Assembly: GCA_965140445.1 (NCBI GenBank)
Contig: OZ223236.1
Coordinates: 2,816,001-2,880,000 of the forward strand
Direction of reading: 5' to 3'
From: Candidatus Ozemobacteraceae bacterium
Lineage (GTDB): Bacteria > Muiribacteriota > Ozemobacteria > Ozemobacterales > Ozemobacteraceae
DNA length: 64,000 nucleotides
The translations under genes were made by a program, and so were the position numbers. Positions 30,226 to 39,486 of the stretch are shown here, one piece after another. How positions within the stretch are numbered: the stretch's first letter is position 1; every line of letters starts with the position of its first letter. Under the pieces are notes generated by a model. The model was not told where the DNA came from, made no database searches, and saw only the letters and a program-made list of their open reading frames with translations.

Positions 30226-31251
30226 ATGGAAAAAAATACTGAAAAAAATGCAATGCCTGCAAAGCTTCTGATTATATGCTTGGTAGTGGTGATTTTGCTT
30301 GTTCTGCGCATAAAATTCGCTCAGAATACTTCGGACTTCGTGAAGAGATCTGAAATCATGATGGACACATATGTGACCATAAAAGTTCAACAGTGCAATG
30401 GTGATCTTGAAGCAATTGAAAAAGCTTTTCAAACATTTACTAAAGTTGAGGAAATGGCGTCTTTTCATGCGGCCACCTCAACTTTAAGTCTTATAAATAA
30501 ATATTCTCCTGTAGTTGTATCAGCTTCATTCTCTGAAATTATAGAAGCTGCTTACCAGGCAAATTCAATTTCTGAGGGCTATTTTGATCCTACCTTTTCT
30601 TTGATTCAGCGAGCCTATGGATTTTATTCAGGGGTAGGGGCTGTTCCAACTGATATTGAGCTGGAAAAATTAAAAGAAAAGATTGGTTTTTCAAAAATGT
30701 TGAAACAAGTTGGTGAAAATACTTATCTTCTTGCATCAGGAAGTTTAATTGATTTTGGTGGTATTGCTGGCGGATATGCAGTGGCACAGGCTGCTCAAAC
30801 ATTGCGAGCGGCTTCCTGTAGCGTTTTCTTTGTGGATGATGGAGGAGACATTTGGGTTGAGGGCAAAAAATCTAATGGTCAGCCATGGAGAATCGCTGTG
30901 AGAGACCCTAGAACAAATGATTCACTTGGAATGTTTGAAACATTTGAGCCTGCAGCTATTTCGACTTCAGGCGATTATGAAAGATTTGTTGAGGTTGATG
31001 GAAAAAGATATGGTCATATTTTGAATCCTACAACCGGAAGGCCTGCAGATTATTATCGATCGGTAACCGTTGTTGCGACTCATCCAGTATTGGCTGACAT
31101 CTACAGCACCACCATCTTTGCTATGGAACCCGAAAAAGCTGAAGTATGGGCAGATGAGATGAAGATTCCATATTTGATTTTAACTTCATCAAATGAAATT
31201 TTGATCAATGAAGAGGGTAAAAAAGTTTTTAAAAATGTCAAAACTTTCTGA
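30226..31251 (+). CDS. apbE: FAD:protein FMN transferase
   Basis: 'MDTYV', 'FDPT', 'DFGGIAGGY', 'STSGDYER', 'HILNP', 'ADIYST'; start at ATG after GAGGTG. Confidence 0.9.
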   Translation: MEKNTEKNAMPAKLLIICLVVVILLVLRIKFAQNTSDFVKRSEIMMDTYVTIKVQQCNGDLEAIEKAFQTFTKVEEMASFHAATSTLSLINKYSPVVVSASFSEIIEAAYQANSISEGYFDPTFSLIQRAYGFYSGVGAVPTDIELEKLKEKIGFSKMLKQVGENTYLLASGSLIDFGGIAGGYAVAQAAQTLRAASCSVFFVDDGGDIWVEGKKSNGQPWRIAVRDPRTNDSLGMFETFEPAAISTSGDYERFVEVDGKRYGHILNPTTGRPADYYRSVTVVATHPVLADIYSTTIFAMEPEKAEVWADEMKIPYLILTSSNEILINEEGKKVFKNVKTF

Positions 31252-31633
31252 AAAATACACAGAAAATCTTTTCAATAGTTTTGATAAGGTTTTTATCGTT
31301 TTCCTACTTGTAATTTCAGTTATTTTAACCCTGTTACGTTTTTCTGGTAGTGATGGTGATTTAAAATACGTCATTCGTTCAAAACAGCCTGAATTTAAAA
31401 AGATTCTGTTTAAACCCTCCAAAAATCCTCTTCTGGTAAAAGGCAAGTTGGGAACAACAGTTGTGGAATGGGATTTAAAAGGTCGGGTAAGAATCAAATC
31501 GTCACCCTGTCCTTTTAAAACCTGTGTTTCAATGGGGTGGGTGCATGGTAACTCTTCAATTGTATGCGTGCCAAATGGAGTTATTGTCGAAACTCAGCAT
31601 TCCACAGAAGAAATTGATGGAGTTGCAAGGTGA
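31235..31633 (+). CDS. NusG domain II (DUF1312)-like membrane-anchored protein
   Basis: N-terminal TM; 'SPCPFKTCVSMGW...IVCVPN'; start 31208 or 31235. Confidence 0.8.
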   Translation: MSKLSEKYTENLFNSFDKVFIVFLLVISVILTLLRFSGSDGDLKYVIRSKQPEFKKILFKPSKNPLLVKGKLGTTVVEWDLKGRVRIKSSPCPFKTCVSMGWVHGNSSIVCVPNGVIVETQHSTEEIDGVAR

Positions 31634-32157
31634 TAAATTTTTATTCTGACTCCAAAAAATCCAAGCTCGAAAAGCTTGTTACTACCGCAATATTGCTTGC
31701 GGCGGCAAGTGCAATACAGATTGTAGAATCACCTCTTCCAAGGATTTTACCATGGTTAAAGCCGGGACTGGCCAATTCCCTGGTGCTTTATGCAATGCTA
31801 AGAGTTAATCCTGCATCTGGTTTCTTTATTGCTTTCCTCAGATCTTTTTTATCAGGGATTTTTCTTGGTACACTTTTCTCTCCGGTGCATCTGATTGCTT
31901 TTAGCGGAAGTTTTTTTTCATCAATAATTATGTATTTATTGGTAAGATTCCTTCCTGGAGCAGGTATTAGTTCTATAAGTATTTCTGGTGCTCTTGCAAG
32001 CAATTTCGCTCAATTAATGGCAGTGCAGTTTTTATTTGCAGGAAACCTCTCTTTCTGGTTTCATATATCCATAATGATTTGGATTTCAATTCCATCTGGA
32101 ATAATAGTCGCAAAAGTAACACAGGAACTTCTAAGGAGAACTGACAAAAATGTATAA
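31630..32157 (+). CDS. Gx transporter / heptaprenyl diphosphate synthase component I family membrane protein
   Basis: 'ESPLP..PWLKPGLAN', 'SISGALASNFAQL'. Confidence 0.85.
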   Translation: MINFYSDSKKSKLEKLVTTAILLAAASAIQIVESPLPRILPWLKPGLANSLVLYAMLRVNPASGFFIAFLRSFLSGIFLGTLFSPVHLIAFSGSFFSSIIMYLLVRFLPGAGISSISISGALASNFAQLMAVQFLFAGNLSFWFHISIMIWISIPSGIIVAKVTQELLRRTDKNV

Positions 32158-32767
32158 GAATCTTCCAGAATTATATCTTGCTTCCAAGTCACCAAGACGA
32201 AGAGAAATCCTTGGTAACTTAGGGGTCCCATTTAAACTTATCGATTCTCCTTATGAGGAAAAATTTGAAGATGTTCAGGAGCTAAATCCTGCTGAGATGG
32301 CCAAGAAGCTCGCTAGCCTAAAAGCATTTCATGCAGCTTCCAGTTTGAGAAGTGGAATTGTAATCGGAGCAGATACCATTGTGGTTAAAGGGGATTCGGT
32401 TCTTGGCAAACCTTCTGGAAAACAAGAAGCAACCGACATGCTTTCTTCGCTGTCAGGGGCTTCCCATAAAGTAATCACCGGAATTGCTGTTGTTGATGCA
32501 GAAGGATTCAGGACTTTGAGTCATTCAGAAATTACCACGGTTCATTTCAGAGATTTAACCCAAAAGGACATTGATCAATACCTCGAAACTGGTGAACCCT
32601 TTGATAAAGCTGGAGCATATGGAATTCAAGGATATGCAGCTTTATTTGTAGATCGACTTGAAGGCTGTTATTTTAATGTTGTTGGTTTTCCGGTTGTAGC
32701 ATTTAGAAATCTACTTCTGGAACTTGGATACGATATTACAGAATACATAGAGGTTGAAAAAAAATGA
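32150..32767 (+). CDS. maf: Maf nucleotide pyrophosphatase
   Basis: 'LASKSPRR', 'GADTIV', 'LGKP', 'DKAGAYGIQ'. Confidence 0.95.
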   Translation: MYKNLPELYLASKSPRRREILGNLGVPFKLIDSPYEEKFEDVQELNPAEMAKKLASLKAFHAASSLRSGIVIGADTIVVKGDSVLGKPSGKQEATDMLSSLSGASHKVITGIAVVDAEGFRTLSHSEITTVHFRDLTQKDIDQYLETGEPFDKAGAYGIQGYAALFVDRLEGCYFNVVGFPVVAFRNLLLELGYDITEYIEVEKK

Positions 32768-33240
32768 GAGTAGCGGTTTATCCTGGAAGTTTTGATCCTT
32801 TTACAAACGGGCATCTAGATATTCTTGATCGAGCGTCAAGATTGTTTGATCATGTCATAATCGGGGTTCTTGTTCATCCTGAGAAAAAGTGTCTATTTAG
32901 CCCTGAGGAACGGGTGAATATGATTACGGATATTGTTAGAGAATACGATAATGTTCGGGCAATACATTTTAATGGATTATTGGTAGATTTCTGTCGTAGC
33001 GCCGGGGCATGTGCTATAGTCAGGGGCCTTAGAGCTGTTTCTGATTATGAATATGAACTCCAGATGTATTCAGTTAACCGGCAGCTTAGTGAAGATCTGG
33101 AAACTGTATTTTTAATGTCTTCTCCTGAGTATTCTTTCTTAAGCTCAAGTATTGCTAAAGAAGTTGCGAGATATAATGGCTCTGTAAAAGATCTTGTTCC
33201 TGAAATAGTAAGAAAGAAGATGGAAGAAAGGTTCAAGTAA
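32764..33240 (+). CDS. coaD: Phosphopantetheine adenylyltransferase
   Basis: 'YPGSFDPFTNGH', 'RGLRAVSDYEYE', 'SSS'. Confidence 0.97.
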   Translation: MRVAVYPGSFDPFTNGHLDILDRASRLFDHVIIGVLVHPEKKCLFSPEERVNMITDIVREYDNVRAIHFNGLLVDFCRSAGACAIVRGLRAVSDYEYELQMYSVNRQLSEDLETVFLMSSPEYSFLSSSIAKEVARYNGSVKDLVPEIVRKKMEERFK

Positions 33241-33253
33241 AGATTTTATAGGT

Positions 33254-33288
33254 AAAAAAAAGGCCGTCTCCATTGAGACGGCCTTTTT
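33254..33288. terminator. Bidirectional intrinsic terminator
   Basis: A8-ggccgtctc-catt-gagacggcc-T5 between convergent genes. Confidence 0.9.
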
Positions 33289-33297
33289 GCTTTATTA

Positions 33298-34476
33298 TTA
33301 TTTGTCTTTCTGGGCGTCGTAAAACGGCGACATATTCCTCAAGTTCTGAATAATAGGGGGAACTTTTTCTATAACATAGTCAATCTCTTCTTCTGTGGTG
33401 AATTTAGAGAGTGAAAACCTTACAGAACCATGCGCATAAGAAAAAGGAACTTCCATTGCCATTAAAACATGAGATGGTTCAAGGCTACCGCTAGTACAAG
33501 CTGAACCAGAACTGGCTGCAATTCCCGCCGCACTTAAGTGCAGAAGAATAGCTTCGCCTTCAATGAATTCAAAACCGATATTAGTAGTGTTAGGAAGTCG
33601 CCAGGTAGGATTGCCATTGATATAGGTATGAGAAATTTGCTCCATAAGAGCTTTTTCTAATTTATCCCGAAGCTTTCTTACCCGATTATTTTCTTCAAAA
33701 ATATCATTCATCGCCTCTTCGCAAGCTTGTCCCAGACCAACAATATAAGGAACATTTTCAGTTCCAGCTCTACGTCCATTTTCCTGGTGCCCGCCTATCA
33801 AGAAAGGAGAAACTCTAGTCCCTTTACGAATGTACAAAGCTCCTATTCCCTTAGGCGTATGGAGCTTATGCCCAGAGAGGGAAAGCAGGTCGGCCGGGAT
33901 TTTCTGCATATCCATTGGAATTTTTCCAACAGCCTGAACAGCATCGGTATGGAATACAACGCCCTTTTCCTTGGCTATTTTGCCAATTTCATCCAGAGGA
34001 AACATTGTTCCTGTTTCATTGTTTGCGGCCATTACGGATAAAATAGCTGTATCTGGAGTCAAAGCTGCTGCCAGTTGGGCAAGATCAAGATCACCTTTTT
34101 TGTTAACAGGCAATTCAGTAACTTTATAACCATTTTTGGCATAGTAACGTGCAACGTTCAAAACTGCCGGATGTTCTACTTTTGTGGTTACAATATGTTT
34201 CTTGTGTGGATTTGCTTCTAGCACTCCACTAATTGCATGATTATCAGATTCTGTTCCACATGAAGTAAAAACGATTTCTTCAGGGGAAACATTTAAAAGT
34301 GCAGCTACTTTAGCGCGGGCATCTGATACATGCTTAGCAACTTTACCGCCAAAGGAATGCATTGAACTTGGATTGCCATATAACTCGCCAAAGAATGGGA
34401 GCATTTTCTCTTTAACGCCCGGAGAAACCATGCACGTAGCATTGTTATCCAGATATACTTGTTTTACATCTTCCAT
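33298..34476 (-). CDS. nifS: Cysteine desulfurase
   Basis: 'YLDNNAT', 'HTDAVQ', 'SGHK', 'SSGSACTS'. Confidence 0.95.
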   Translation of the reverse strand: MEDVKQVYLDNNATCMVSPGVKEKMLPFFGELYGNPSSMHSFGGKVAKHVSDARAKVAALLNVSPEEIVFTSCGTESDNHAISGVLEANPHKKHIVTTKVEHPAVLNVARYYAKNGYKVTELPVNKKGDLDLAQLAAALTPDTAILSVMAANNETGTMFPLDEIGKIAKEKGVVFHTDAVQAVGKIPMDMQKIPADLLSLSGHKLHTPKGIGALYIRKGTRVSPFLIGGHQENGRRAGTENVPYIVGLGQACEEAMNDIFEENNRVRKLRDKLEKALMEQISHTYINGNPTWRLPNTTNIGFEFIEGEAILLHLSAAGIAASSGSACTSGSLEPSHVLMAMEVPFSYAHGSVRFSLSKFTTEEEIDYVIEKVPPIIQNLRNMSPFYDAQKDK

Positions 34477-34478
34477 TA

Positions 34479-35312
34479 TTAAGCCTCAATTATGTTTAAA
34501 TCATCAGATACTTTTGTTCTTAAGGTCTCCTGAACAAGATTCTGAAGAGTAGCTTTTGCTCCCGGACAACCAGCGCATGCTCCACGAAGCTTAACATAAA
34601 CATTTGGGCCTTCAATATCCACAAGCTCTATATCGCCGCCATCAGCTCTAAGCTGCGGTGCAACGTCGTTTTCAATTACTTTTGATATTAATTGAATTCT
34701 TTGAAGGTTAGTCATTTTCGGCTTTTCTTCTTCGGCAGGGCCAGAAGAAACTTTGTTTTCTTCTTCCAGGATTCTTTTAATATCTGGAATACAGCCACCG
34801 CAGCCTCCACCAGCTTTGGTGTAGTGAGTAACATCTTCAACAGAAGTAAGCTTATTTTCTCTAATTACTTCGCGAACTTTATCTTCTTCTACCCAGAAGC
34901 ATTTGCAGATTACTTTGGCGTCTTCATGTTCAACGAACTTTTCGCCTTTAAAATTTGCAACAGCAGCTTCAAGAGCTTCTTTCCCCATTACTGAGCAATG
35001 CATTTTCTGTTCTGGTAGACCGCCGAGAAATTTAGCTATATCAGCGTTAGTTAAGTTCAAAGCTTCGTCAACGCTTTTACCCTTAACCATCTCGGTTAGG
35101 GCTGAAGCACTTGCAATAGCACTTGCACAACCAAACGTCTGAAATTTGGCATCTTCGATTTTTCCGGTTTCAGGATTTATTTTAAGAAAGAGCTTTAAGG
35201 CATCGCCGCAAGCTAAAGAGCCTACTTCGCCAACGCCGTTAGCGTCTTCGAGTTTTCCAACATTTCTTGGGTTTTTAAAGTGGTCCATTACGGAATTTGT
35301 ATAATCCCACAT
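34479..35312 (-). CDS. nifU: Three-domain Fe-S scaffold NifU
   Basis: IscU-like N-domain (CGD, FGC, HCS); central CxC...CGGC; C-terminal Nfu CAGC. Confidence 0.95.
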   Translation of the reverse strand: MWDYTNSVMDHFKNPRNVGKLEDANGVGEVGSLACGDALKLFLKINPETGKIEDAKFQTFGCASAIASASALTEMVKGKSVDEALNLTNADIAKFLGGLPEQKMHCSVMGKEALEAAVANFKGEKFVEHEDAKVICKCFWVEEDKVREVIRENKLTSVEDVTHYTKAGGGCGGCIPDIKRILEEENKVSSGPAEEEKPKMTNLQRIQLISKVIENDVAPQLRADGGDIELVDIEGPNVYVKLRGACAGCPGAKATLQNLVQETLRTKVSDDLNIIEA

Positions 35313-35542
35313 TTTTGTTCACCTGTTCTTTAAAATTTTTTGTATATTAACATGTTTAAACCGCTCAATCCACGTTTTTTAGTAAAACTTGGCTTGCCAT
35401 TAAGAACTTTAAGAAAAAAAGCACAAAGGTCAAGGATTATTGAGCCTTTTTTTTTGTTTGTACATTGTTTTGTGTGAAATTTTCACGGATATATTAGCTA
35501 AATTTTGGCAGAAATGGCGAAAACCCTTTTGGAATCATTACC

Positions 35543-35571
35543 TTGACAAAAATTAACAATTTGAGTATAAA
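35543..35571 (+). promoter_or_regulatory. sigma70-type promoter
   Basis: TTGACA-N17-TATAAA upstream of the M23 gene. Confidence 0.65.
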
Positions 35572-35615
35572 TGATGACTCGCAAATGAATCCAACCGAAA
35601 AAGATAGGAAAAGTT

Positions 35616-36362
35616 ATGCACGTTAAACCAAAGTTCAGTCTTAAAGGCCTGATTATCCTTACCGGATTAATGGTTTTTGCCTTATCGACTGATTGTTTCG
35701 CACTCCTTCCAGGTTCTGCGGAGAATGGATTTGATGTAGGAATCTATCAAAAAGGTTCTAATACAACTACATACAGCGTTGAAAATAATTCAATTACCAC
35801 TGCCAAATTCATTCAGCCGAAGAAAGAGATGAATCCGTTTTTTGGTGTAACTGAACCAGTTGTTTCAAAAGCAGGGGCGGTTAAAACATATTCTTTGAAG
35901 GTCGCAACGAAACTAAAATCCTCCGATTGGGGAATGGTTCGTCAGGTAAATATTGCTAGCCTCCAAAAGAATAGTAAATGTATTATTCGTCCAGTAATGG
36001 GAAGAATTTCATCGGGCTTCGGTCGAAGAATCCATCCAAGAACCAAGCTTCGTCATTTTCACACTGGCATTGATATTGTTGCAAAACGTGGAACTCCTAT
36101 TTTATCAGCTCTCGCTGGAAAAGTTGTTTTTGCAGGCTGGAAAACCGGTTATGGGCTTGTAGCAATTATTGACCATGGTAATGGTATGGAAACAGTGTAT
36201 GGACATTGCTCCAAATTGCTTGTTAGAAAAGATCAGATGGTAAATACCGGACAAAAAATTGGCCGCGTGGGTAGCACAGGTGTTGCCACTGGTTCACATT
36301 TGCATTTTGAAGTCAGAAGAGGCGGAAACGTTAGAAACCCTTTCAGATACTTCCGAAAATAA
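35616..36362 (+). CDS. M23 family peptidoglycan endopeptidase
   Basis: Signal peptide; 'HTGID', 'YGH', 'HLHFE'. Confidence 0.92.
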   Translation: MHVKPKFSLKGLIILTGLMVFALSTDCFALLPGSAENGFDVGIYQKGSNTTTYSVENNSITTAKFIQPKKEMNPFFGVTEPVVSKAGAVKTYSLKVATKLKSSDWGMVRQVNIASLQKNSKCIIRPVMGRISSGFGRRIHPRTKLRHFHTGIDIVAKRGTPILSALAGKVVFAGWKTGYGLVAIIDHGNGMETVYGHCSKLLVRKDQMVNTGQKIGRVGSTGVATGSHLHFEVRRGGNVRNPFRYFRK

Positions 36363-36379
36363 TTTAAAATCGTTAAAAG

Positions 36380-36417
36380 AAAATAGTCTCCAACATAATG
36401 TTAGAGACTATTTTTTT
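36380..36417. terminator. Intrinsic terminator
   Basis: aaaatagtctc...gagactattttttt. Confidence 0.8.
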
Positions 36418-36475
36418 GTTTTGGCTTCAGGTGATTTAATCTGTCGCTATAAATAAAAAAAGTTTGGCTGGTGCT

Positions 36476-36580
36476 TTATTTTCCAACAGGGGGAAGTTTA
36501 ACCCACACCTGTAGTTTGGATTTTTCATCAATTCTAACTAAAACGTAATCTTTGTATGTTGCGAGTATATTTTCCTGCAT
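36476..36580 (-). CDS. Unannotated 34-aa small protein MQENILATYKDYVLVRIDEKSKLQVWVKLPPVGK
   Basis: ATG preceded by AGGTGGTGA; sigma28-like promoter upstream; terminator downstream; fills an otherwise empty gap. Confidence 0.55.
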   Translation of the reverse strand: MQENILATYKDYVLVRIDEKSKLQVWVKLPPVGK

Positions 36581-36657
36581 AAAAACTCACCACCTGATTT
36601 AAAGATACCAGAACAACTTATTAACATGCAAAAAGCATACCATGCTGGCTAATTTAT

Positions 36658-36685
36658 CTATCGGCAAAATTGATCAGGTTTCTTA
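36658..36685 (-). promoter_or_regulatory. Putative sigma28-type promoter
   Basis: TAAG-N16-GCCGATAG on minus strand, 78 nt before the small ORF. Confidence 0.45.
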
Positions 36686-36867
36686 AGCCTTTGTTTAAGC
36701 AGGGGTAGGTTGGTAAATTTATGTAAAATGAGTTTGAAATGGCTTTGAGGATTACTGTGCAAAAAATGCTCTACACAACTTAAAACATCAAAATTAAACA
36801 CAAATTGTTCAATAATTAAACAAATGTTAAAGGTGTGGTTGAAAAAAGGCACACCTGAAATTGCAGC

Positions 36868-37362
36868 TTAAAGTTCTGGCAATTCTATTTCTTCTGTTTC
36901 AGGAGAATTGGGAAGAGGAACTAATGTTTGCTTATACATGAAAAGAGAACCCAAAATTCCGAAAATGCCAAGAATCAGCCAATTAAGTCCTAGATCAATA
37001 AACTTTTCTGTTCCCACTCTTATAAATGGTGAAAAACGCTCTTTTGAAACATTTTCCATTAATGAAGCCTGTTCATGAACCATTTCGGAAACACCAATAA
37101 GGTGCCCCTGGAGTTTTCCTTGAATGGCCAAAGCTATTCTGTCACCAGGTGAAAGGGACTCTAGCTCTGACATTGGTGAAAGGCTCAACCAATAGCGATC
37201 GGAGGTTATACCAGCGGCAGTGCTTTTATTTACTACAATTCCAGAGAAACTCCGGGACATTGATTTATATGCAGAGATGCACATGGAAGTGCTCAGCACA
37301 AGTAGCATCAGGGCAAAAACTCTGATTTTAATTTTTCCGCTTCTATTGTTGATTATTTGCAT
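36868..37362 (-). CDS. Hypothetical membrane protein (N- and C-terminal TM)
   Basis: AGAGGA RBS; two hydrophobic segments. Confidence 0.65.
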   Translation of the reverse strand: MQIINNRSGKIKIRVFALMLLVLSTSMCISAYKSMSRSFSGIVVNKSTAAGITSDRYWLSLSPMSELESLSPGDRIALAIQGKLQGHLIGVSEMVHEQASLMENVSKERFSPFIRVGTEKFIDLGLNWLILGIFGILGSLFMYKQTLVPLPNSPETEEIELPEL

Positions 37363-37504
37363 AAATCCTCTATATTAATAAAATACTAAAAGTTACTGGA
37401 AAAAAGAAGAAAAATAATAAAAAAATGTTGTCGGTACCCTTACGGGTTTTAAATCTATATGTTATATTTTAAAGGAATTAGTTTAGTAGCGGAGGAATTG
37501 AGTA

Positions 37505-38089
37505 ATGAAAAAAGTTATTGTCGCTTTAATGGCCTTGATTATGTGTGCATCTTTGCCAGTAATGGCTCAAAATATAAGTGCAATGAAGGTTGATCCTAAT
37601 GATCAGGCTGTAGTTGCAATGCTTTGGATGGTTTATTCTGATTTGCAGATGTGTAATTCATCTTTGAACCAGTCTGTAATGGATAATGTTTCAGCAATTG
37701 GTCATCTTAATAATGCTCAATCAGCTCTCAAAAAAGCTAATCTTGATCAGGCATATGACACTCTTGTTCAAGAAATCAGCAAAAGAATCAGCAAAATTAA
37801 ATTTTATCTTGTTATGAATGAAAGAAGATCTGTTGTAGAAAGACTTCAGCAGCTTATGGTTATTATCCGAAATGTTCTTGGCGCAAGCACAGGAAGCCTT
37901 CCAAACTATGGCAACATGGGTAACGTAGGAAATGGTAATAACGGAAATTATGGTTTCAATAACAATGGTGGTCCAAACGGTTCTGGATTTGTTCCAAGAC
38001 CAGAAGTTCCAGTGCAGGGAGCTCAGTTTGGTGGAAGTTCAAATCCTTCTATGCCAACACTTCCTTCTGGTGTAGTGCCAGTTAACTAA
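37505..38089 (+). CDS. Secreted hypothetical protein: helical domain plus Gly/Asn/Pro-rich tail
   Basis: GGAGGA RBS; signal peptide; 'GNMGNVGNGNNGNYGFNNNGGPNG'. Confidence 0.75.
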   Translation: MKKVIVALMALIMCASLPVMAQNISAMKVDPNDQAVVAMLWMVYSDLQMCNSSLNQSVMDNVSAIGHLNNAQSALKKANLDQAYDTLVQEISKRISKIKFYLVMNERRSVVERLQQLMVIIRNVLGASTGSLPNYGNMGNVGNGNNGNYGFNNNGGPNGSGFVPRPEVPVQGAQFGGSSNPSMPTLPSGVVPVN

Positions 38090-38098
38090 GTATTAAAT

Positions 38099-38132
38099 AA
38101 AAAGGCGCTGTTAGAAATAGCAGCGCCTTTTT
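38099..38132 (+). terminator. Intrinsic terminator
   Basis: aaaaaggcgctgtta...tagcagcgccttttt. Confidence 0.85.
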
Positions 38133-38141
38133 CTATTTAGA

Positions 38142-38663
38142 ATGAAAAGAAATATTGCAATAATAGGATTTATGGCAGCCGGTAAGACATATCTTGGCCG
38201 GAGAATAGCCAAGGCTCTTGAGTTAAAGACAATTGATCTTGATGCCGTAATTGAAGATAAAGCAGGGCAGTGTATTAAAGATCTTTTTGCTAATAAGGGT
38301 GAGAACTATTTTCGAAACCTTGAGTCTGAGTGTTTAAATGAGACAATCAAGAGTGAAACAGCTCCATTTTTGCTGGCATCTGGTGGGGGACTTGTTTTAA
38401 GGCCGGAAAACCAGAAATTATTAAGGGAAAACTTTCTGGTCGTATTTTTAAATCCCGAATTTGAAAAAATATTTGGCCGATTAACTAAATCTAATTGCAG
38501 ACCAATCGTAAAAGAAATGGAGAAAGAGGATATTTACCTGCTTTGGGAAAAAAGGTTGCCAATTTATAAAGAGTTGGCCAATATTGAAGTCGATTGCGTA
38601 TCAAACGAAGATTTATTAGTTGCAGAAATCGTAGAAAAAATAAATAATTATGATCCGGAATAA
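38142..38663 (+). CDS. aroK: Shikimate kinase
   Basis: 'GFMAAGKT', 'DLD', 'GENYFRNLE', 'SGGG'. Confidence 0.92.
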   Translation: MKRNIAIIGFMAAGKTYLGRRIAKALELKTIDLDAVIEDKAGQCIKDLFANKGENYFRNLESECLNETIKSETAPFLLASGGGLVLRPENQKLLRENFLVVFLNPEFEKIFGRLTKSNCRPIVKEMEKEDIYLLWEKRLPIYKELANIEVDCVSNEDLLVAEIVEKINNYDPE

Positions 38664-38688
38664 TTAAAACAAACATCGAAGGAACAGC

Positions 38689-39486
38689 ATGAATAAAGAA
38701 CAAAGAGATCAAATTTCCACTCAATTTTTACGACTGGTAGATGTTATGCGAAGATTAAGAGCACCAGATGGATGCTCATGGGATCGTAAGCAAGACCATC
38801 AATCTCTCAAGAAATATATACTTGAAGAAGCCCAGGAAGTAGCTGATGCTGTTGATAGTGGCGATTTGTTGAATCTTCGTGAAGAACTTGGTGATTTAAT
38901 GATGAATATAGTTTTTCACGCTCAGGTAGCCCAGGAAAATGGCTCTTTTACCATTGCTGAGGTCTGCCAGGAGATTAGCGATAAATTAATAAGCCGTCAT
39001 CCTCATGTGTTTCAAGGTGAAAATGACCAGATTAGCCCAGAACAGGTTGTAGAGCTTTGGGGTGAACTTAAAAAAGAAGAAAAAGTTGAAAAGAGCCGAG
39101 TTTCATCCAGAATGAAAAGAACGCTTAATTCACCTTCAATTCTTTTTGCTACAAATGCGATTCAAAGTGAAGCAGCAGTTGTCGGATTTGATTTTCCAAA
39201 TTCCGAAGAAGCTTTAAAAAAGGTTTATGAAGAGGCTGATGAGGTTAAAGAGCATATCGGCTCAGAACAAAAGGATCTACTTGAAGAGGAAATTGGCGAT
39301 CTAATGTTTTCCATAATAAACGTGGCCAGATTATCAGGTGTGAATCCAGAAACTGCATTAAAGAAAGCTACAGAAAAGTTCCTGAATCGATTTGAAAGCG
39401 TAGAAAAAGAAGCTGAAAAAGATGGTGGATTTGAAGGTAAGTCTCTTGAAGAGCTAGATGTATATTGGGAAAAAACAAAAAACTAG
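38689..39486 (+). CDS. mazG: Nucleoside triphosphate pyrophosphohydrolase
   Basis: 'LRAPDGCSWD', 'EELGDL', 'RHPHVF', second 'EEIGDL' repeat. Confidence 0.93.
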   Translation: MNKEQRDQISTQFLRLVDVMRRLRAPDGCSWDRKQDHQSLKKYILEEAQEVADAVDSGDLLNLREELGDLMMNIVFHAQVAQENGSFTIAEVCQEISDKLISRHPHVFQGENDQISPEQVVELWGELKKEEKVEKSRVSSRMKRTLNSPSILFATNAIQSEAAVVGFDFPNSEEALKKVYEEADEVKEHIGSEQKDLLEEEIGDLMFSIINVARLSGVNPETALKKATEKFLNRFESVEKEAEKDGGFEGKSLEELDVYWEKTKN

